Below, piece by piece: positions 7,011-12,290 of a stretch of 64,000 bases of DNA. The stretch is from a virus (lineage: Duplodnaviria; Heunggongvirae; Uroviricota; Caudoviricetes). Position 1 is the stretch's first letter. Each line of letters opens with the position of its first letter. The DNA lies in IMG/VR virus record IMGVR_UViG_3300012016_000001, positions 1 to 64,000 of that record; one strand, 5' to 3'. The notes beneath the pieces were generated by a model that worked only from the letters and a program-made list of their open reading frames with translations, had not been told where the DNA came from and searched no databases. Both the position numbers and the translations under genes were made by a program.

Positions 7011-7154
7011 CTCGGTAATCGCGGGTTCAAATCCCGTCCCGCCCTCAAACAGAGTTCTTCTGAACTCTGCCCTTTCATGTTACTTTAGTCATTGCTTGTG
7101 AAAGTAGTGACTATATGGGCGGGTCGTCTAGTGGTTAAGACTCCGGGTTTTTAA
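7011..7154 (+). tRNA. circularly permuted tRNA-Lys(UUU)-like gene: 3' half (7011-7045) lies upstream of the 5' half (7117-7154)
   Basis: The 3' half is CTCGG-TAATC-GCGGG-TTCAAAT-CCCGT-CCCGCCC-T. The 5' half is GGGCGGG-TC-GTCT-AGTGGTTA-AGAC-T-CCGGG-TTTTTAA. Acceptor and anticodon stems are complementary only between the two halves. Neither half has a partner in the normal gene order. Confidence 0.55.
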
Positions 7155-7228
7155 GCATCAGCATTATAGGGTAAAATGTAATACGCAAAAGTTCATGGAT
7201 TAGTAAGACGGATTTGTCGCTAATCCTA

Positions 7229-7301
7229 GGGAGAGTAGCTCAGTGGTTAAAGCAATAGTCGCTAAAACTATCGATCGAGGGTTCGAATCCCTCCTCTCCT
7301 G
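7229..7301 (+). tRNA. amber-suppressor tRNA, anticodon CTA (reads UAG), with G at position 33
   Basis: A 73-nt canonical cloverleaf: acceptor GGGAGAG/CTCTCCT, anticodon arm ATAGT-CGCTAAA-ACTAT, T-arm GAGGG-TTCGAAT-CCCTC. Confidence 0.75.
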
Positions 7302-7364
7302 CTTATGTTACCATATTATATTATTTTTTCGTTAGTATCTGTCTGTGAAGATCGATACTAAGTC

Positions 7365-7459
7365 AGCGGGTTATGCAAATGGTAAAGCAGTAGTTTATCT
7401 ATGTGAGTACGTATAGTTCTAGGCCAGTACTCTTGGGAGTTCGAGTCTCTCACCCGCTA
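7365..7459 (+). tRNA. 95-nt tRNA-like gene, anticodon undetermined
   Basis: Perfect acceptor AGCGGGT/ACCCGCT, D-arm TGC-AAATGGTAAA-GCA, T-arm GGGAG-TTCGAGT-CTCTC. The 44-nt central region has no canonical 5-7-5 anticodon arm. Its best helices are GAGTAC/GTACTC and CTATG-(8 nt)-TATAG. Confidence 0.4.
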
Positions 7460-7498
7460 CAAATTAATTTAAAACAAATTGGGTAAAAAATAACCTAT

Positions 7499-7646
7499 AA
7501 AGGAGACGAACAGCAATTTCAACGTTTTGCATTTTGGTTGCCGAAGTTAGGGTTCGAATCCCTAGTCCTCCCTAATGGGAGGATTAGTGTAACTGGTAAG
7601 TGTGAAGTTAAGCACACGATAGCACGCGTTTTTGTTGGTCTCCTTT
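7499..7646 (+). ncRNA. CAGCAA-box element, copy E9, enclosing tRNA-Ser-like pieces in permuted order
   Basis: AAAGGAGAC (7499-7507) pairs with GTCTCCTTT (7638-7646). CAGCAA at 7511-7516. Inside, the T-arm TAGGG-TTCGAAT-CCCTA and GTCCTCC are followed after 6 nt by GGAGGAT, the same acceptor as the tRNA-Ser at 7851. Confidence 0.45.
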
Positions 7647-7850
7647 TAAAATATTTTCCCTCTTAAAGGTTTTGCTAGGAATCTAGCTTATCAGGGTATG
7701 CTCTAAGCTCTTAGTTACGGTGCACACGTTCTGAGTTTGAGTAGTGTATTATAAGTTCACCCATAACTGCAGATAAAAGTGAATGAAATTTACACGTCCT
7801 TAGGATTACTAAGAGGGATAAGGGAGAGATTTATTAATCTCTCCCCGAAT

Positions 7851-7940
7851 GGAGGATTAAGCCTAATTGCTAAGGCAGCGGTCTTGAAAACCGCCAGTAG
7901 TCGGTAAAACGACGTGTGGGTTGGAGTCCCACATCCTCCT
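7851..7940 (+). tRNA. tRNA-Ser(TGA), long variable arm
   Basis: Acceptor GGAGGAT/ATCCTCC, anticodon arm GCGGT-CTTGAAA-ACCGC, long variable arm, T-arm GTGGG-TTGGAGT-CCCAC. Confidence 0.85.
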
Positions 7941-7942
7941 CT

Positions 7943-8233
7943 ATGAGTAAATGTAAGACAAGTAAATGTAATGCAGCATGTTGTTACAACATCTGCTTTA
8001 AAGAGAATGAGCTTGAACGATTTTCTGTACGTATTGTAAATCCTGTTATAGATACTATTCCACTTCCTTGGGGAACTATGGCTAAAACTAATGAGAATAT
8101 GGATTTAAATAAATGTCCATTTCTTAGAAAGGATTTAAAGTGCAATATATACGAAAATCGTCCAGAGGTGTGTAGGTTGATGGGAGTTATTCCTAAGATG
8201 CCATGTAAGTATTTAAAGGAGAGTAAACCTTGA
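7943..8233 (+). CDS. YkgJ-like CxxCxxCC zinc/iron-chelating domain protein
   Basis: Motifs KCNAACCY and CPFL..KCNIYENRPEVCR. ATG at 7943; the track ORF N-terminus (7916) overlaps the tRNA-Ser. Confidence 0.6.
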   Translation: MSKCKTSKCNAACCYNICFKENELERFSVRIVNPVIDTIPLPWGTMAKTNENMDLNKCPFLRKDLKCNIYENRPEVCRLMGVIPKMPCKYLKESKP

Positions 8234-8303
8234 GGGTGATAGGGGCTGTTTGCTAAACAGTACGCTCGCTTCGGCGGGTGCGGATCGAGACCGCTGCTCT
8301 CCT
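8218..8303 (+). tRNA. tRNA-Ser(GCT), long variable arm; overlaps the last 16 nt of the upstream CDS
   Basis: Acceptor GGAGAGT/GCTCTCC, anticodon arm GCTGT-TTGCTAA-ACAGT, variable arm containing CGC-TTCG-GCG, T-arm TGCGG-ATCGAGA-CCGCT (49-65 mismatch). Confidence 0.65.
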
Positions 8304-8328
8304 CGCTAACTTTTAACAATTAAAGTGT

Positions 8329-8445
8329 ATGGAAGATTTAAATTACAAGTATGAAAAACCTGATAAACCAATTCAGGTTAATGTTCCAAGTAAACCACGA
8401 TTTAAAGTCAACCAAGAAGGTGGCGACACGCGTTGGTATACATGA
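8329..8445 (+). CDS. possible 38-aa ORF (coding status doubtful)
   Basis: ATG directly after the repeated 15-mer AACAATTAAAGTGTA. The region downstream looks structured rather than coding. Confidence 0.2.
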   Translation: MEDLNYKYEKPDKPIQVNVPSKPRFKVNQEGGDTRWYT

Positions 8446-8669
8446 ACTCCGACCATCCACAATGTCGTAAACTTAGGTGGCGTAGGAAAAGAAACTACTT
8501 TCCTGTTAGGTACGAGAACCTAATTTAGCTTTGTCAGTTTCGCTGAGGAAGAAACGACTATGTGACCTAGTCAGAAAATTAGGCAGAACTGTGGACGCAC
8601 AGCGAATAGAAGGTGGGTAAGATTGCGACTTGAGAACTCTATATGTCTTATAAACCTGCCTTCTCTTTA

Positions 8670-8743
8670 GGGCCTCTAGCACAATAGGTTAGTGCAACAG
8701 ACTCATAATCTGTAGGTTCCGAGTTCAAGCCTCGGGGGGCCCA
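8670..8743 (+). tRNA. tRNA-Met(CAT), either elongator or tRNA-Ile2 type
   Basis: Acceptor GGGCCTC/GGGGCCC, D-stem GCAC/GTGC, anticodon arm ACAGA-CTCATAA-TCTGT, T-arm CCGAG-TTCAAGC-CTCGG. Confidence 0.85.
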
Positions 8744-8759
8744 CTAAACACCTTTAAAT

Positions 8760-9554
8760 ATGAAATTAATAAGTAAAGAACGGACTGGCGGAAATCCAGC
8801 TATTGAAATTGAAATGGACAAGGTGGATAACCTAAGAGTTTTAGATATTATCCATTCTTTGGTTGATGCTCAAGGTAGAATCTATCCAATACCATTCTCC
8901 TTTATAAAGAATGATAATGAGGATACCTTGAACGTGGTAATGCAAGTGTTAGGTTTGTATACCTTTCCAACTCTTGAACTAACTGAATGGTTAGAAGAAC
9001 AAATAGATGAATACACTGAAGGTTACGAGCCTGCTATAGAAATATGTGCAGGAAGTGGATGGATAGGTAGACAACTTCAAATACCTACTACTGATGCCAA
9101 AATCCAAGAAGATCCTAAAGTGCGGAATCTATATTTAATGAGTAGTCAAATTCCTATGATATATCAGGATGATGTTGAAAAGATAGAAGCTCTTGAGGCA
9201 GTTAAAAAGTATAATCCTGAATATGTAATAGGTAGCTACGTTACTTCTACTGAAAGAATTAAGAAAAATAATAAAAGAAAGACTATCTATTTAAATATAC
9301 CTTTACCAAGCGGAGGATTTATAAAACAAAATATGATGGAGCTTGCAGAAAAGGAGATTCCGTTTTTTGGAGTTAATGTTCAAGCTATAATAAGGAGAGT
9401 GCATAAGACTTTCTTAGTTATAAATGAAAGAACCCATTATAACGAATCTTACTTGAGTATGCCACATAAGTCATATAAGTTTCCTTGGCTTGTAACTAGA
9501 GGTGATATTAAAAAAGGTCGTGTTTTAATATATGAGAACAAAGGATGGACTTGA
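8760..9554 (+). CDS. hypothetical protein, possible SAM-dependent methyltransferase fold
   Basis: AIEICAGSGWIG resembles methyltransferase motif I (weak). Confidence 0.45.
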   Translation: MKLISKERTGGNPAIEIEMDKVDNLRVLDIIHSLVDAQGRIYPIPFSFIKNDNEDTLNVVMQVLGLYTFPTLELTEWLEEQIDEYTEGYEPAIEICAGSGWIGRQLQIPTTDAKIQEDPKVRNLYLMSSQIPMIYQDDVEKIEALEAVKKYNPEYVIGSYVTSTERIKKNNKRKTIYLNIPLPSGGFIKQNMMELAEKEIPFFGVNVQAIIRRVHKTFLVINERTHYNESYLSMPHKSYKFPWLVTRGDIKKGRVLIYENKGWT

Positions 9555-9775
9555 AGTTTAGACGTTGCAAATGTTCACTTTCTCCAAAGGATATGGTTTT
9601 TACTTTTAAAACTCCAGTTAAACTCTGCGAGTATGAAGGTAAACAGTATATCATTATGGGGAGATTGAAAGAAACAAATAGAGAAAGTAAGAAATTATTA
9701 GAATTTCTATTTGGAGACGAAATTGTGTATACAAAACAATTAATATTAGTTCCAAGAGATTTCTTTTTCATCTAA
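9545..9775 (+). CDS. hypothetical protein
   Basis: 76-aa ORF overlapping the upstream stop by 10 nt. Confidence 0.4.
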   Translation: MDLKFRRCKCSLSPKDMVFTFKTPVKLCEYEGKQYIIMGRLKETNRESKKLLEFLFGDEIVYTKQLILVPRDFFFI

Positions 9776-9834
9776 GGGAGATGTGTCAGCAATTATTAAC
9801 TTTCTTATTGGTTTTAGTTTTTGGTTAGTCTCCC
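9776..9834 (+). ncRNA. CAGCAA-box long-range-helix element, copy E10
   Basis: GGGAGA (9776-9781) pairs with TCTCCC (9829-9834). CAGCAA at 9787-9792. Confidence 0.4.
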
Positions 9835-9841
9835 GTAACCT

Positions 9842-9879
9842 GGGGATAGGGTAAATGTTTACCCTTCCCCTATAATTTT
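9842..9879 (+). terminator. terminator-like hairpin
   Basis: GGGGATAGGGTAA pairs with TTACCCTTCCCC (one bulge), followed by tataatttt. Confidence 0.45.
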
Positions 9880-9886
9880 CTTAATA

Positions 9887-10696
9887 ATGTTAAATTTTGG
9901 TTTAAAACATTGTCATTCTTCTAATTGGCACAAGAAGTTTCCAAGAAAGAAGATTGAACATGAGGACCCAAAGCATCTAGGGATGCATCAACACCTTAGA
10001 CTACGTAATGAGTGGTTTGAGGGAAGACAAGGTTTTCTTTCCATTAAAGAGATTCGTAAGTTCTTGGAAGCAAATCTTGGTAAGAATGTAGATGAAGTAT
10101 TCTCTGAATTTGTTAAACGTGCTAAAAGATATAAGCATGATGTTAGTCTTAGAGAAAGATTCTTTGCACAGTTAGACCCAGACACTAGGTATGGTTCTGG
10201 TTATACTTTAGATATACAAAACAAAATAGTAAAGGTTAAAGAAATTAAAGTTCACAGGATACGTGACAACGAAGCTCGTGTATTTAATGAAGTAGCTTAT
10301 CCTTATAATATTAATCAGTATTTAAGAGAAACGGAACTTACTTATATAGGAGATTTTTATCTAAGAACTAGACATTGGAATTGGGTAAAAGCACCTGTGT
10401 ATGTATGTAGTAAGGAATGGTATAACTTAGTACTGACATATGGAGTAGGCAAGAAATATACTAAAATGAATGAAATGCAAAGGATACATATATTCTTTAA
10501 TAAGTATATTGCTGTAGGAGTTCCAAAGAAAGGATATGCTACTCGTGCTGAACCTACTGGTAATACTATATGTATCTGTAATCACGAAATGCGAGAGTAT
10601 AAACACGTTAAGTATCCATATACAACAATGGATTGCGAGTCTGATTATATCTTCCTTACTAAGGGAGGAGAAGATACTAATTGGTACGTATATTAA
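9887..10696 (+). CDS. hypothetical protein
   Basis: 269-aa ORF. Confidence 0.55.
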   Translation: MLNFGLKHCHSSNWHKKFPRKKIEHEDPKHLGMHQHLRLRNEWFEGRQGFLSIKEIRKFLEANLGKNVDEVFSEFVKRAKRYKHDVSLRERFFAQLDPDTRYGSGYTLDIQNKIVKVKEIKVHRIRDNEARVFNEVAYPYNINQYLRETELTYIGDFYLRTRHWNWVKAPVYVCSKEWYNLVLTYGVGKKYTKMNEMQRIHIFFNKYIAVGVPKKGYATRAEPTGNTICICNHEMREYKHVKYPYTTMDCESDYIFLTKGGEDTNWYVY

Positions 10697-10704
10697 ATAG
10701 ATTA

Positions 10705-11063
10705 GGGCCTGACCGGATTTGACGGCTTCTGAAGGTAAATCACTCACTCATGACTGATGGAAAGACATCAAAAAAATTAAACGGAGAAAATAACACAACT
10801 CCCCGCGCTAAAGTTGTTAGCATCGTTTATAGAGCTGCAGCTTGATCGACGCCTGGTAAAAGGGTAACCAAGGAACATAATACCCTTAATTTCTTTATTT
10901 TTAGCCAATAATATTCTGCGCCTATCGGAGATATAACTAAATAGGCTGGTGGAAAGTCAGACAACAGTCTGCCCCAGAGAAGGAAACTCTTATAAAACCT
11001 ATGAGTGTAAGAATGTGATGAGAATAGGATTCGCGGACGAGGGTTCGACTCCCTCCAGGTCCA
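10705..11063 (+). ncRNA. ssrA: tmRNA (SsrA), one-piece
   Basis: The 5' end GGGCCTGACCGGATTTGACGG and the 3' end GGACGAGGGTTCGACTCCCTCCAGGTCCA closely resemble bacterial tmRNA termini. Acceptor GGGCCTG/CAGGTCC has a G3:U70 pair. Internal tag ORF at 10783-10845. Confidence 0.88.
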
Positions 11064-11317
11064 CTTGTTAAATAATGTTAAATTTATTGTGGATTTATAT
11101 TGTTATTTATATATTTAATCCTGTAAAAACGTTCATTATAGTAAAGATAAAATGTTCCAGCACTCACGGCTACAAACTGAGTGACTAGTGTTCAACAAGA
11201 GCGCAGTATTACTATCACAGCTGAACTATAGAGGCAGTGAAGACTTTATGGTCGAACTGAGGGCAGTTTAGTCTGGAACAATCTAAGCTGTTCTCTTTAC
11301 TTGTGAAATTCATAAAT

Positions 11318-11345
11318 ACCTTTCGGTTCGTGAGAATAGAAAGGT
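11318..11345 (+). ncRNA. conserved-loop hairpin H2 (loop GGTTCGTGAGAATA), 4 nt upstream of a tRNA
   Basis: Stem ACCTTTC/GAAAGGT. The loop core is identical to H1. Confidence 0.5.
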
Positions 11346-11348
11346 TAT

Positions 11349-11421
11349 GGCGGAATGATGTTTAATGGTAGCATGCTACTTTTGGGAAGTAGTCGAGTCG
11401 GTTCGAGTCCGGTTTCTGCCA
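11349..11421 (+). tRNA. tRNA-Pro(TGG)
   Basis: Acceptor GGCGGAA/TTCTGCC, anticodon arm CTACT-TTTGGGA-AGTAG, T-loop TTCGAGT. Confidence 0.8.
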
Positions 11422-11429
11422 CTATTGTT

Positions 11430-11502
11430 GCAACGTTAGTGTTAATGGTTAGCAAGAGGCCTTGCCAAGGCTTAAGAGTGAGTTCGAATCTCATACGCTG
11501 CT
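11430..11502 (+). tRNA. tRNA-Gly(GCC)
   Basis: Acceptor GCAACGT/ACGCTGC (one A-C mismatch), anticodon arm AGGCC-TTGCCAA-GGCTT, T-arm GTGAG-TTCGAAT-CTCAT. Confidence 0.75.
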
Positions 11503-11646
11503 CTCCACCGTCGAAATGGCTGAGACGTTAAGTAATTGCCAGACAGATACCCTTACTAAAGCAACAAGGGCGTGAATTATAGGTAACCAACGAGAAGAGA
11601 ACCTTTTGAAAGAGCCCCAACCCTAAGTGGAACTGGGTGGGGACCT

Positions 11647-11717
11647 GCGGGATTCGTTCAATGGTAGGACACTAGCCTTCCAAGCCTGTGATGTCGGTTC
11701 GATTCCGGTATCCCGCA
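11647..11717 (+). tRNA. tRNA-Gly(TCC) with a weak anticodon stem
   Basis: Acceptor GCGGGAT/ATCCCGC, loop CTTCCAA. The stem CTAGC/GCCTG has two central mismatches. Confidence 0.6.
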
Positions 11718-11887
11718 CCTACAGACTATTATTGCTGCAGAAGTAATAGTATCGAAGCAGCCCATACCCTCCGTCCGGCTGGGAGAAATCGTTCGTTCCG
11801 TACCTGAGCACCGAGGTATCTGTAGAAGCGTTAGTTAGAGTTACCTATGAGGGACGAGATGCCCTGTTGAAACTCGAAGGTGTACAT

Positions 11888-11961
11888 GGTGTAGATGGCC
11901 GAGTGGTTTAGGCGCAAGTTTGTGGCACTTGTTTACGCAGGTTCGAATCCTGTTCTACACC
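11888..11961 (+). tRNA. tRNA-His(GTG) with a G-1:C73 pair
   Basis: G-1 plus acceptor GTGTAGA/TCTACAC plus C73. Anticodon arm CAAGT-TTGTGGC-ACTTG, T-arm GCAGG-TTCGAAT-CCTGT. Confidence 0.85.
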
Positions 11962-11979
11962 CAATTAAATATTTTAATT

Positions 11980-12183
11980 ATGAAAGAAAGAATAAGAAAG
12001 ATTATTGAAAGAATTACTGAACGTAAAATTACAAATGATGATGAGCCTATAGAGATGGATAGTATAGACACTATGGAAGTTATAGTAAGTCTAGAGTATG
12101 AATATGACATCCATATAGATACTATTATAAAGGAGGATTTATCATTAAATGATTACGTTGAGTTAGTTAGGAGCATGGTGTAA
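11980..12183 (+). CDS. acyl carrier protein-like small protein
   Basis: 67 aa with EMDSIDTMEVIVSLEYEY, which matches the ACP DSLD phosphopantetheine-site helix. The track ORF N-terminus overlaps tRNA-His. Confidence 0.55.
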   Translation: MKERIRKIIERITERKITNDDEPIEMDSIDTMEVIVSLEYEYDIHIDTIIKEDLSLNDYVELVRSMV

Positions 12184-12252
12184 TGGTAGCACATCTGACT
12201 TTGACTCAGAAGGGAGCGTGAGCCACTGCAGGTTCGAGTCCTGCTGCTCCTA
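12169..12252 (+). tRNA. tRNA-Gln(TTG) with a 17-nt variable region; overlaps the last 15 nt of the ACP-like CDS
   Basis: Acceptor AGGAGCA/TGCTCCT, anticodon arm TCTGA-CTTTGAC-TCAGA, variable region AGGGAGCGTGAGCCACT (GC-GTGA-GC mini-hairpin), T-arm GCAGG-TTCGAGT-CCTGC. Confidence 0.7.
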
Positions 12253-12290
12253 CTTGTCTCCATTAAGGAGAATTTTAAAGGTGTTTGTTC

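Noticed and set aside
2639-9834. CAGCAA-box elements interpreted as miniature transposons (MITEs) with terminal inverted repeats.
   Set aside because: The inverted arms differ in every copy (transposase-bound inverted repeats would be conserved). No target-site duplications and no transposase are present. The pattern fits RNA covariation instead.
2639-9834. CAGCAA-box elements interpreted as Shine-Dalgarno (AGGAG) plus mini-ORFs.
   Set aside because: Only one copy (E8) has an ATG, the AGGAG-to-CAGCAA spacing varies from 5 to 7 nt, downstream frames stop after 2-30 codons with no similarity, and real genes in this window lack Shine-Dalgarno sequences.
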